Position numbers and translations under genes: made by a program | Notes under the pieces: model-generated | Databases searched by the model: none | What the model was told of the DNA's origin: nothing | What the model saw: only the letters and a program-made list of their open reading frames with translations | Source of the DNA: Eledone cirrhosa | Lineage: Eukaryota | Length of the DNA: 64,000 nt | Direction of reading: 5' to 3' | NCBI GenBank assembly: GCA_964016885.1 | Contig: CAXHJY010001732.1 | Span: 1 to 64,000 of the forward strand | Shown here: in pieces, positions 13,251 through 41,900 of the stretch | Numbering within the stretch: the first letter of the stretch is position 1 | Layout of the letters: every line of letters begins with the position of its first letter

Positions 13251-14940
13251 TGCTGCTGTGTGTGTCTCACCTCCACCAGTCCTTCCCCACTTATTACATT
13301 TTGCTAATCCATCTCCGGCGAAATTTTATTTTAGGTCGTAGCATTCCTGCAACAATTTTCTTTACACATGACAAAAAAAAAAAACAGGACATTACTAGAA
13401 ATCCCATACGTTATAAAATAAATAGGATGGGTTAGGGTTCTCAATATGTAAACTAAACGACTAATTCTGGTTTTTTAAGAACTCAACGGAGACAACCTTG
13501 AAAAATGACTGAGAAGAAAAAGCGGAAGTGAAGAGAAAGTTAGCTGGGATTGGATTAGTGGGGTGGGGATTTGATTGAATAGAATGCCCGTGGGGTGGGG
13601 ATTCGATTGAATAGAATACCCGTGGGGTGGGGAGTGTTCTCTTATTTTTCCACCAAACAGTCAGTGCATAATATAATATGCTTTACACACCCAAACAGAG
13701 AATGTTAGCTGTATGGGTATGTGTGTATATATATATATATGTGTGTGTGCGTGTGTGTGTTTAGCTGTGTCAGTAGTTTTGTGTCTGTGTATGTACCAGT
13801 GTGTATGTCAGTGTGTGTGTCAGTGTGTATGTATGTGTGTGTGTGTCAGTGTGTCTATGTGTGTATGTATGTTCTTCTGATTTTATAATTTCACAAATTT
13901 TGCACAAGGCCAGCAATTACCCAGAGAGAGAGAGTCGGTTTCTAACTTAGACACAAGACTCTCTCATTGGAATTTACACAACATCAACTAGGTAGATATG
14001 TATGTATGTCTGCATGTGTAGATATGGATGTTATTGTATGTGTGGATGTGTATGTTTTGAGTTGTATGTGTGCATGTGTATATGCTTTGCATCTGTACAT
14101 GTGTATATGCAGTTATTAGATGCAAAACTATTGGAATGTTTTACATATTTTTACTGTTCCATTAATGGATTCTACTTGTAGTTTCCTAACTAGTTGTGTT
14201 CTTTCTGTTCCTGTGAAGCCCAGCTTCTCAAGATTTGTACTGAGGCAGTTACTAACATCCCCCAGGGCCCCAATATATATGTATGTGTGTGTGTGTGTGT
14301 GTGTGATAAGTTATAAACACTACCCTCCATTCATACTATCACCACTTCACATATACTTCACTCACACTACCCTCCACTCACACTACCTCCACTCACACTG
14401 CCCTCCACTCCACTCACACTGCCCTCCACTCCACTCACACTACCCTCCACTCCACTCACACTACCCATCACTCACACTGCCCTCCACATATACTTCACTC
14501 AACACATCCGACTACATTCATTCCCTTAACAAAACAATGGTAAGTAAAGCGCTCGTTTTTTGTTGTTGCTGTTGATGTTGTTGTTGTTGTTGGTGGTGGT
14601 GGAGTTGGTGTTGTGTTCTTGTTGTAGTTGATGTTGTTGATGATGATGATGTAGTTGATGTTGTTGGTGGTGGTGTTGTTGTTGTTGTTGTAGTTGATGT
14701 TGTTGGTGGTGGTGTTGTTGATGTTGTTGTTGTAGTTGATGTTGGTGGTGGTGGTGGTGTTGATGTTGTTGTTGTAGTTGATGTTGTTGGTGGTGGTGTT
14801 GTTGTTGTTGATGTTGTTGTAGTTGTAGTTGTTGTTGCTATTGTTGATGATGATGATGTAGTTGATGGTGGTGGTGGTGGTGTTGATGATCGTGTTGTTG
14901 TTGTAGTTGATGTTGTTGTTGGTGTTGTTGTAGTTGATGC

Positions 14941-14971
<31 letters not shown>

Positions 14972-15197
14972 ACTATTGTTACTGTTGTTGTTACTGTTGT
15001 TGTTGTTGTTGTTGTTGCTATAGTTGATGATGTGGCTGTTGTTGTAGTTGATGATGTGGCTGTTGTTGTTGTTGATGACAAGCACTTTCCTCTTCAGAGA
15101 GGCCCTGATTAACTTATTTAAGATTTCACTTGAAGAAAATCAGAGTGGAGAGGGAAGAGAGCTGCCTTATATGCAGGTGGTTGATAGTGGCGAGCAT

Positions 15198-16400
15198 GGT
15201 CCGAGGGAATGGACTTGCTCTGGATATGGTCCGAGTGAATGGGCTTGGTCCGAGTGAATGGACTTGCTCTGGATATGGTCCGAGTGAATGGGCTTGGTCC
15301 GAGTGAATGGACTTTCTCTGGATATGGTCCGAGTGAATGGGCTTGGTCCGAGTGAATGGACTTGCTCTGGATATGGTCCGAGTGAATGGGCTTGGTCCGA
15401 GTGAATGGACTTGCTCTGGATATGGTCCGAGTGAATGGGCTTGGTCCGAGTGAATGGACTTTCTCTGGATATGGTCCGAGTGAATGGGCTTGGTCCGAGT
15501 GAATGGACTTGCTCTGGATATGGTCCGAGTGAATGGGCTTGGTCCGAGTGAATGGACTTGCTCTGGATATGGTCCGAGTGAATGGGCTTGGTCCGAGTGA
15601 ATGGACTTGCTCTGGATATGGTCCGAGTGAATGGGCTTGGTCCGAGTGAATGGACTTGCTCTGGATATGGTCCGAGTGAATGGGCTTGGTCCGAGTGAAT
15701 GGACTTGCTCTGGATATGGTCCGAGTGAATGGGCTTGGTCCGAGTGAATGGACTTTCTCTGGATATGGTCCGAGTGAATGGGCTTGGTCCGAGTGAATGG
15801 ACTTGCTCTGGATATGGTCCGAGTGAATGGACTTTCTCTGGACATGGTCCGAGTGAATGGGTCTGGTCTGGATTTGGTCCAAGTGAATGGACTTGCTCTG
15901 GATATGGTCCGAGTGAATGGGCTTGGTCCGAGTGAATGGGCCTGGTCTGGATTTGGTCCGAGTGAATGGGTTTGGTCTGAACATGGTCCGAGTGAATGGG
16001 CTTGGTCCGAGTGAATGGGCCTGGTCTGGATTTGGTCCGAGTGAATGGGCTTCTCTGAATATGGTCCGAATGAATGGGCTTGGTCTGGATTTGGTCCGAG
16101 TGAATGGGCTTGGTCTGGATTTGGTCCGAGTGAATAGGCTTGGTCAGGATTTGGTCCGAGTGAATGGCTTGGTCTGAATATGGTCCGAGTGAATGGGCTT
16201 GGTCCGAGTGAATGGGCCTGGTCTGGATTTGGTCCGAGTGAATGGGCTTGGTCTGGATTTAGTCCGAATGAATGGGCTTGGTCTGGATTTGGTCCGAGTG
16301 AATGGGTCTGGTCTGAATATGGTCCGAATGAATGGGCTTGGTCTGGATTTGGTCCGAGTAAATGGGTCTGGTCTGAATATGGTCCGAATGAATGGGCTTG
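15198..16400. repeat. 49-bp (19+30) minisatellite
   Basis: GGTCCGAGTGAATGGGCTT + GGTCCGAGTGAATGGACTTGCTCTGGATAT. Confidence 0.97.
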
Positions 16401-16964
16401 TTCTGAGTATACACCTGTAGATTAGAGAAGGAGGGCTAAGAAGAGGCATCTGTCCTAGCGGTCTGAGTGGCGGTGGCTTTCTGTGGGATTTCTCCACGAG
16501 TGACCCTCGGAATCCCCTCCCTCCTTACTAGGGAGTTTCTTTTACATGATAGTTGCATTCCCTTATCATACTTTTTACACGAAAATGCTTAGTATATACT
16601 TTGTATAGTCCTGTGCCGTCTTTAATGTTTTCTTCATGTCAACCCTGTGTGGCTAATAAAGAAATTATTATTATTGACAGTATCAGTAGAGCGTCAGACA
16701 CCATGCTTTGCAGCATGGAGTTATGGCCCCTTGCATTCTGAGTTCAAATCCCGCCGAGGTTAACTTTGCCTTTCATCCTTACGGGGTCGATAAAATATAG
16801 TACCAGTCACGCACTGGGGTCGATTTAATCAACTTTCCCCTCCCCCCCCAAAAAAAATTACTGGCATTGTGCCTATACTAGAAATCATTATTATTATTAT
16901 TATAAAGTACCAGTAATAAACTGGGTAATTGCTGGCCTTGTGCCAAAAGTAGAAACAATCATTA

Positions 16965-16999
<35 letters not shown>

Positions 17000-18408
17000 G
17001 GCAGTATCAGTAGAAGGTCAGACGCCATGCTTTCACGTATAGAGTTACGGCCCTTGCCATTCTGAGTTCAAATCCCGCCGAGGTTAACTTTGCCTTTCAT
17101 CCTTGCGGGGTCGATAAAATAAAGTACCAGTAATGCACTGGGTTGATTTAATCGACTCACCCCTCCCCACAAAATTGTTGGCCTACATCAGAAACCAAAA
17201 TGTTAAGTATCTCTAGAGTTGTCTTTCTTACATAAAAGAATTACCAGTTCTCTCCCTTGTTAAATACTTGAAGGTTTTATTTTATTTTATGAAAATAATG
17301 TAAAAATTTGAAAATATGAGAGCCCCAAACTCAGAAAACAACTATAATAACGGTCGATCACTAAAGATAATAGCTGAGAAAATAGAGAAAATTACCCTTA
17401 GTGGCGGAAAAAAGTGGACACACCCCTCTTGTCTACGTTTTGCCATGCTTCCCGAAATTCGCCAACACCACACCTGATATTCCCCCTCCATACACACGCG
17501 TGTGTGTATGTGTGTGTATCATGACTCACACACTGTTCACTTTCCTGACCTTTGTGCATTATTCTATGTACTATACATGCACCTTTGATGAGTTGTAGTG
17601 CACCTGAGCACTGTACACAATATTCATTAATTAAGTAAACGACAGCTCGGAGACCTAATTTCAGTAAATAGACAGATATTTGAATATTATAGATAATGAA
17701 CACAACCACGGGGATAAGGTCCGAACGTGGAAGAGCCGAACTCCAATTGTCATCGCCTCCATCTCTCTGGCCCTCCCCATCTCTCTGCATGATGAGCAAG
17801 TGGGGTCCCACGTGCTGGCCTCCCCATAGTCCCGGCGGACAGAATGGAGGATTGTAAAGGAGATGCGTGAAGACATAAAAGGCCTCGACGTCAACGCACA
17901 AAAAAAGGAAGCTGTCAGTCAAGTTAAGCCGTTTGGATAACTTCTGCTTTTCACAAGTGACACGGGTTTTAGGTGTGTGGCCAAACTGGCAAGGTTAGAG
18001 TCTGATGACATATAGTCGTACATGATGTGGCATCCCGCCTAGACTGGAGAGTATGGTCTGCCACTTCCCCCAACTTCTTTATACTACATCGGTAGAGCGT
18101 CGGACAACTTGATTTGCGGCATATAGTTGCGTCCCTCTACTTCTTAAGATCAAGCCCGTCGAGGTTAGCTTTGCATTTCAAATATATATATATATATATA
18201 TAAAAATATTAAACAAATAATGAATAAACAATTCCTTATATTAAACAAAAAAAGTTCATTATTTAACGATCGTTTCTAGGATATATATGTGTTAGAATTG
18301 GTATGCATATTCAACAGATCTATGTACAAAATTATACAAAATTATACAAATTATCAAGATTAAATATACATACCAAACACATATATACGCCGTCTTCAGA
18401 AATAATCC

Positions 18409-18464
<56 letters not shown>

Positions 18465-18644
18465 TAACGAAGGAGGTGTGGTAAGGAACCAGGTGGACCA
18501 TAACGCACCAGAGTACTCAATACTTTGGGTAGTAGAGTGGGTAACAAGAAAAGAATCAGGAGCCCGACGGCTGAGCTCCAGCCGTTTCAACAGTTAATTC
18601 TGAAACGGCCGGAGCTCAGCCGTCGGGGTCCTGACTCGTTTCTC

Positions 18645-18684
<40 letters not shown>

Positions 18685-18769
18685 AAAAGGTAAACAGAAA
18701 TAACAACACAATCGGTACAGTATATGGAAGGGATATATTAGGTTAACGCTTGATATAGCAGGAAGAGGG

Positions 18770-18805
18770 TCTTAACGTTTCGGACGCTAGTCCTTCATCA
18801 GAAGA
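18770..18805 (-). ncRNA. Penelope-type hammerhead variant
   Basis: Minus strand TCTT-CTGATGA-A-GGAC(tagc)GTCC-GAAA-CG-TT-AAGA. Confidence 0.7.
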
Positions 18806-18892
18806 AAGAATGAGAAATAAGATAGATTGAGGGGACGGGCGAGATGGATATATATATATATATTGTTTTTGTTTTGTTTCTGTCTTCTCCAG

Positions 18893-33744
<14,852 letters not shown>

Positions 33745-34260
33745 GTCCAAATTACACAAGAGAAAGAAAGGGAGAAAATGAGAGAGAGAGAGATTTTCTC
33801 TATGTGTTTTTGAATGTCACAATGTGCACTGGAATGAATGGTATCAGTCTTAATAAACTGAAACTGTAGTGATTTCCAGAGGTTTACTGAGGAGATGAGA
33901 CTGTCTGTCTTTCTGTTGATTTTTCCATTGTCTTTGTCTTGTGCACCCTTATTTTGAATATGTATATACAGGGTGTCCCCCAAAAATGTATATATACTCA
34001 ACAGCATTCTAATAAATATTGCCTGTATAGGTAATCAAAGTGTGTATATATTTTGGGGGGAGACCATGTATGTATATATATATAGATATATATAGAGAGA
34101 GATAAATATACACGGGTGTGTATGATTGTGTATAGAAGATTATATTAATAAAAGGAATTCCAACTTTGTCTGATTTACTCGTTTTATTTACAATCCTTTA
34201 AAATTTATAATGGTATTAGAATGAAATAGTATGGTAGAATATTAAATGTTAAGTATTAAT

Positions 34261-34299
34261 TGAACAAGTACTTTCATGCTTTCGCAATCTTCAGGTTCA
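34261..34299 (-). ncRNA. Very compact hammerhead motif
   Basis: Minus strand TGAAC-CTGAAGA-T-TGC(gaaa)GCA-T-GAAA-GTAC-TT-GTTCA. Confidence 0.7.
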
Positions 34300-34339
34300 T
34301 ATTCTGTGGTGACAGTCAAGTTTGCAATTTTCAACTGTA

Positions 34340-34700
34340 ATGAGATGGGTAAATTTTGTGCCTTATATACAGTGAAAAGTGGCTCCAGAATGCTAAATCT
34401 TGCAAACTGTATTTCGACCAATCGGTACATTTGGCACTCTCGTTAGAGAGTTCCTGTATGCTGATGATGCAGATTTGTGGCTCACACAGTAGAGGACATA
34501 CAGTTGATATTGGACCCCTTTTCCAATACATGTATTGTGTTTGGGCTAAATATTAGTCTAAAAAAAGACTTAGGTTATGTACACTCCCCTAGTTGGGAAT
34601 GTATATGTGGAGCCAAACATTTTCATGAGAGGACAAAGACTTGAGGTGGTGGATAGCTTTGTGTATCTCGGAAGTACACTTAGTAGAGATGGTACCATCG
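34340..34700 (+). mobile_element. Decayed RTE-like RT fragment
   Basis: LEVVDSFVYLGSTLSRDG motif near 34640-34695. Confidence 0.6.
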
Positions 34701-35639
34701 CTGTTTTTGTACCCCTGATGAAGGGCTAATGCCCAACACGTCGAACTTTCTTTCCCCCATTTCTATATAAAGCGTGAAACTAATAAGACTTTCTGTACTT
34801 CTGTTTTGTGTTTCCTTGAACTATATATATATATAAATGATCATAGGTCAATGAGTAAAAGAGTTAAAGAACTTCTCAAGATTTTCATTGCCCTAATAAA
34901 CAGTAAATGACGTCAATGTGTTATCAATGGCTTACTCACACATTTATAAAAAAAAAACTTGTTTGCTGAATTAGTGACATTGACCCCACCAAAGATCAAA
35001 CTGAGATAAAAGCTGTCTGGAATGGGTTATGCCCAGATATACAATTATATCTATATATAAAATACCTGTGTGCTTTAAATTGACATTAAGTCAATAATGA
35101 ATCCTCCACCTGCCCATTTACACTATTTACCCATACCAGTAATTTATTAGTGTTCTTCCTTTAAATTCTCATTTTTTTTTTTAAATACTTTATTAAAACA
35201 TTTATGAGGTGACAGATTCGATAGGTGTTGGTACAAAACCGGTTATGTCGAATGAATGAGGAAGTCTGTAAATATATGATCACTCGACATGCTAGAAATA
35301 GCAGCCAAATATCTCTCAAATTACATTTAAATAATTTTTAAAGAAGACACATTGAATAATGTAATAATACAGAAAGACGAAATGATCATTGGTGAAATAG
35401 ATTTCATCGTATATCTGACCGATAAAGGCTGAACTGGGGCTAAACAACAATAAAAACCGCCAGCTATAAAGATTATTTAATTTTTAAAGAAAGTTTAGAA
35501 GCTGGAAAATCGCGTGATCCTACATGAGTTATTTCCCTTGACCACAATCTTCAATGAGATAATGGCGTAACAGGATAAGAGTAAGAGAGGAGCAGTGAGT
35601 TGTTTACCTGCGGACTTGGGCCTGTCTCGGCTATATATA

Positions 35640-35680
<41 letters not shown>

Positions 35681-35909
35681 ATATAACACCAACCCTCACT
35701 AACGTATACAGACATACAACTCACAAACATAACACACACTTACAAGGTGACGTCTGTTCTAAAGGACAAGGTTACTTAAACCTACTTTGTTGTCAGCTGT
35801 AAAGGAGTCATCTTCGACGGAATTTCTGCATTTTTATTCAAGATTTCTTTGTCTGTTTATCTATTGATTTATTTGTCACACACACACATACACACACCTC
35901 TTTATCCTT

Positions 35910-35961
<52 letters not shown>

Positions 35962-36036
35962 GAAAATATATAATTGTCAGTCTATCTAAATATGCATTTA
36001 ATTGTCTAGGTATATAATTGTCTATATATCTATTTA

Positions 36037-36107
<71 letters not shown>

Positions 36108-36620
36108 GGATTAACCGAACAAGGATATGCCTGGCCTTGTCAGTATAAGAACTTCACAATGAAATATGTAAAATCTCCGTATAGAACAGGAACTAACTCA
36201 TTCATACACATAAACATATAAATACTCACTCACACATAAACATACAAGCACACGCACACATACATACACATATATACTGACGCACACACGTACACAATGT
36301 GTATACATGCTACTGTAATTTGTTGTTAAATAATATGGAACTGTAATCTTTTGTTATAGATATTGCTATTATGCATTTATGATATATATATATATTATAT
36401 ATATATGTGTGTATGTATGTATGTATACGTTCATGAGTGTATTTCATTCCTAGCTGGTCCCTTTATCGATCCTTCTTAACCTTATTTTCTCTCTCTCTCT
36501 CTCTCTCTCTATACCCACACACACACATTCTCTCTCTCGATCTTTTTCTCTTTCTCTTTCTATACACACACTCTCTCACTATATATAAATACACACACAC
36601 ACACACACACACACACTCTC

Positions 36621-36674
<54 letters not shown>

Positions 36675-37628
36675 ATTCTCTCACTATATATATATATACA
36701 CACAAACTCCTACTATATACACACACACACACACTCTCTCTCTCCTGACAATAATTTCGAGGTTTCAATCCCCACTACTATCACCACCACCATCAATACC
36801 ATCATCATCATCACCACCACTACCACCACCATCGCTACCACCACCATCATCACCACCACCACCACCACCATCATCATCATCACCATCAGCACTATCACCA
36901 CTCTACAGACACATACCCAGAAACAGAAAGCTAGCTCTGATAGTAGGTCTAATGCAGTCGTAAAACGTCGCACCATTCAAGCACCTATTGTAGAGTTGAC
37001 AACCAAACAGAAAATATTTCTTCCACGAAATTAAAAGCTTCCTCTATTCTTTTTAATCTTTTTTATGCTTCTTTTTCTGGTTTCAGTCATTAAAACGTAA
37101 GGAACTCTGTCCATCTATCTCTCTGTATATCTATCTATCTGTCTGTCTGTCTATATATATCTATCTGTCTGTCTATATCTATCTATCTATCTGTCTGTCT
37201 GTCTTGTATATACCTACGTTGAAACGTTATATATAAGTAGAAACATACGTACATAGAAACATACATACATAGAAACATATATATATATATACATACATAT
37301 ACATACATTGAAACATACATATATCTATATATACACACACACACACAGAAACATACATACATAGAAACATACATACATAGAAACATATATATATATACAT
37401 ACATTGAAACATACATATATCTATATATATATATATATATATACACACATAGAAACATACATAGAAACATATATATACATAGATACATACATATATCTAT
37501 ATACATACATACATACATAGAAACACACCATATATATATATACATTTATATATATATATACACATATACACATAGAAACATACGTACATATATACACACA
37601 CATAGAAACATACATACATTGAAACATC

Positions 37629-37691
<63 letters not shown>

Positions 37692-38166
37692 CTGTTCGTC
37701 GTATCATTTTTGCATACGCATATATATAAATATATACACACAATATCTATAGAGTATTGACACTTTCGCATACATAATTTCACACATACATACATACATA
37801 CACACACATACTCATACATATACACTCAATAAAAGCAAAAAGTAAACAAGAACTACATAAAAACAACAACAGCAACAACAACAATGGAACAGCTTAACAA
37901 TTAACAACCACAACAACGACCACCACCACCACCACCACCACAACAACAACAACACCATTATATTTTATCTACAATTAAACATCAGTAAACAATGGAACCT
38001 CTTTGAACTATTGATGCCGACCACTATTACTATTAATAATATTATTATTGTTGTCGTTGTTGCTGTTGTTGTTGTTGTTGTTTCTACTATGTCTTGATGA
38101 TTACGACGATGATGATGTTTGTTTGTTTGGAGGTAGCAGCTACAAGTGGTTGTTTTCTCTAGAAAA

Positions 38167-38988
38167 ATGGCATCGTTTAATAGCAACGGTGGCGGCCATC
38201 CTCCAGAATTTGGCGCAGCCTGCGACAATATGGATCGGTTCGGGGTTATATGCGAACCCCTAGTGACCGACGATCAACGGTCAGCTTTAGAAAAACACTC
38301 GCCAACTACAGCAATAACGACATCAACATCAACAACAGCTATTCCCATACCTACAAGAACAACGGCGACTAGTCCTCCGTCGATTGCGACTGACACTACA
38401 GAAAACCTATTCAGTGACCACCACTACGGCCAACAAAATAATCAACATCATCATCACTACCACCAGCAACAACAACAACAACATCACCACCATCAATACT
38501 ACCCACTAACAAGTGTGCAGATGTCTTCGTCACCGCCACTATCATCGTCACCGCCGTCGCTGTCATCATCACCATCGCCGTCGTCGTCATCGATGTTCTA
38601 TCAGTCTCGCTGTAGATCAGCGTCGTCGTCGGCCGTGGGGAGTGTGGCGGGGGCGATGGGCTACCCTTGTGGCGGCATGTCCCACGGAGGTGGTGGTGGT
38701 GTTGGCGGTGGTGGTGGTGGGCCGTCTGGTGGACTCACCCGAACTACCACTACTACGTCTGTAGCCTCCACTTTGCTATACGAAATCCCCGACTTACGCG
38801 AACATGAACCCATGACCGGACTACTGGGACTAATTCCCTCAAAGGCCCTTAAAGGGATGTTTAACGAATGTGAACTATTACTGACTTGTATCGCTGCCAG
38901 TGGGGAATATATATGTCTCGGTACAAATGTCGGCCTCGTTTTCATGTTTAACAGAAAGAAACGTTGCTTGGAGAGGTTACGTTGTGAG
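38167..38988 (+). CDS. TECPR2: TECPR2 coding exon 1
   Basis: AAAATGG start context; the last ~65 aa are TECPR2-like; GAG|GTAAGT donor. Confidence 0.85.
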
Positions 38989-41900
38989 GTAAGTTACTCT
39001 TTCAATTTATTTCATTAATTTTATTATTAATCCCACCGAGGTTAACTTTGCCTTTCATCCATACAGAGGTCGATAAAATAAAGTACCAGTAATGTACTGG
39101 GTAATTGCTGGCCTTGTGCCAAAAGTAGAAACAATTATTATCATCATCATCATCATTGCAGCATGGGAGTTATGGCCCTTTACGGTCTGAGTTCAAATCT
39201 TGCCGAGGTTAGCTTTGCTTTTCATCCTTACGGGGGTCAATAAAATATAGTACCAGTAATGCACTGGGGGTTCGATTTAATCGACCCACCCCCCGCCCCA
39301 TCACCCAAATTACTGGCCTTGTGCCTACACTAGAAATCATTATCATTGCAGCATAGGAGTTATGGCCCTTTACGTTCTGAGTTCAAATCTCGCCACAGTT
39401 AACTTTGCCTTTCATCCTTACGGGGGTTGACAAAATATAGTACCAGTAATGCACTGGAGTAATTGCTGGCCTTGTGCTAAAAGTTGAAGTGGATTGGTAG
39501 TATCTGTAGAGGGTCGGACGGTGTGCTTTGCAGCATAGAGTCACGGCCCTTTACGTCCTGAGTTCAAATCCCGCCACGGTTAACTTTGCCTTTCATCCTT
39601 GCTGGAGTCGATAAAATAAAGTACCAGTCACACACTGGGGTCGATTTAATCGACTTTCCCCTCCCCCAAAATTGCTGCCCTTGTGCCTATATAAGAAACC
39701 ATTTTTATTATTTTGGGATTGGCAGAATCGTTAGAGCGTCCGACAAAATACTTGGCAACATTTAGTTGTGACCCTTTATATTCTGAGCTCAAATCCTACC
39801 GAGGTTAACTTTGCCTTTCATCTTTCTACGATGGTTGTGGTGTGGAATGGGTCAATAGAATAAAGTATCGGTCAAGTACTGGGTTGATGTAATCGATGTG
39901 TCTTTCACCCCCACAAATTGTTGGCTATTTGCCTGAAATTAGAAATTGTAATCATCATCATCATCATCATCATAGTTGGTGTGTTGGTGGATTGGTCGAA
40001 TCGTTAGAGAGTCAGAGAAAATAACTTGTGATATTTGTTCCATCTCCTTTACTCTTTTACCTGATCCATCCCCATCCATCCGGCTGAGGCCATGCTGGGG
40101 CACCGCCCTTGTTTGAATGCTTACAGCATCTAGGTTTCCCCAGCGGTCACCCATCTAAGTACTAACTAGGATCACTAAGCTTAACATTGCTTAACTTCGG
40201 TGATCGGACGAGAACCAGCCTTTTCAGCATGATATGCCTGTAAACATCCTGGGTTCAACTTTTGCTGGGGTCAACTTTGTCTCTCATCCTTTCAGGGTTG
40301 ATAAATTAAAGTACCAGTCATGTATTGGGGATAAGTTTGAGCTTCCCTTCACCACAAAATTGCTGGTCTTGTGCCAAAATTAGAAATCATCATCATCGAT
40401 TAACGTCTATCTTCCACGCTAGCATGGGTTAAACAGGTTTGTCCTATTTAGAGGCAAGTTGGGTCAGGTGACTGTGTCTCGCTCATATAGGACAGTTTCC
40501 GGATGGTTTTCTACGGCTGGATGCTCTTTCTGACGCCAACCACATTAACAGTGTGTGTTGGGTACTTTTTGCCATGTCTTTTACACATCCACTTTACAGT
40601 GTGGGCTGGGTGCTTTTTGTTGTGACACCTACATGATCACTTTACATAATTATTTGTAATCTTTTCTCTTATAGAGTTTCACCGTCATCTTCATCTTACA
40701 CCTGTATTTTCATGCTGAAATGGGTTGGTTAGGTAACACAGTATCTCATCATTCGTTGGAGCCCTTCATGTCCTGACACACACAACAACAAAGAAAACTC
40801 CTCACTTTACTGGACACTGTCCTTCATATCCTGGGGGACGGTGATGCCATCAGAGAAAACCACTAATCTTTTCTGGTCACAGTCCTTTGTATCCTGGGGG
40901 ACACCAACAGATAAAACTTTTGATCTTTGGTGGTCAGTTCTTCATATCTTGACACATACACAGAGAAAACTTCTGGTCTTTGCTAGCCACTGTTCTTCAT
41001 ATTCTGACCTACACACCCACAGAGAAAACCACTGGTCATTGCTGGTCAGTCCTTTATAGTCTGACACACACACACTAACAGAGAAAACCACTGGTCACTG
41101 CTGGTCAGCCCTTCATATTCTGACCTGCACACCAACATAGAAAACCACTGGTCACTGCTGGTCAGCCCTTCATATTCTGACCTACACACCAACAGAGAAA
41201 ACCACTGGTCATTGTTGGTCAGTCCTTCATATTCTGACATACACACCAACATAGAAAACCACTGGTCACTGCTGGTCAGCCCTTCATATTCTGACCTACA
41301 CACCAACAGAGAAAACCACTGGTCATTGTTGGTCAGTCCTTCATATTCTGACATACACACCAACATAGAAAACCACTGGTCACTGCTGGTCAGCCCTTCA
41401 TATTCTGACATACTCACAACAGAGAAAACCACTGGTCATTGCTTCATATTCTGACATACACACCAACATAGAAAACCACTGGTCACTTGCTGGTCAGTCC
41501 TTCATATCCTGACACATACACACCAGTATAGAAACTCATAGGTCTTTGCTAGCCAATCCTACATGTCTATACATTGTGACACAAAGGACTTCTGTTGTTT
41601 GTTGTGTATAACATGTTTTTTAACATGGTTTTTACAGCCTGGTACCCTTCCAATCACCAACCAATTTACATCATGAACTGGGTGTATTTTATCAGGCTGC
41701 CACCATTAACCCTTTATCATTTACATGGTCGTGTAGGAGACACAGTAAAAAGGCCCCCAGCCCACACTGTAAATGTAGTTGGTGTTTGATAAAGGCATCC
41801 AGCCGTAGAAAACCAGCCAGTAACTCTCCTATATGAGCGAGACATGGTCACCCGACCCAAATTGCCTCTAAATGGGACAAACCCATCTAACCCATGCTAG

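Noticed and set aside
15118-15984. 288-aa and 239-aa repeat ORFs
   Set aside because: Artefact of a stop-free 49-bp minisatellite
35198-35248. Hammerhead-shaped remnant (ACAT..TTATGA..AAAA-CCGG-TT-ATGT)
   Set aside because: Both core boxes mutated; at best a fossil
40118-40245. Functional 5S rRNA gene
   Set aside because: Single copy, insertion and substitutions, no oligo-T terminator, nested in a SINE
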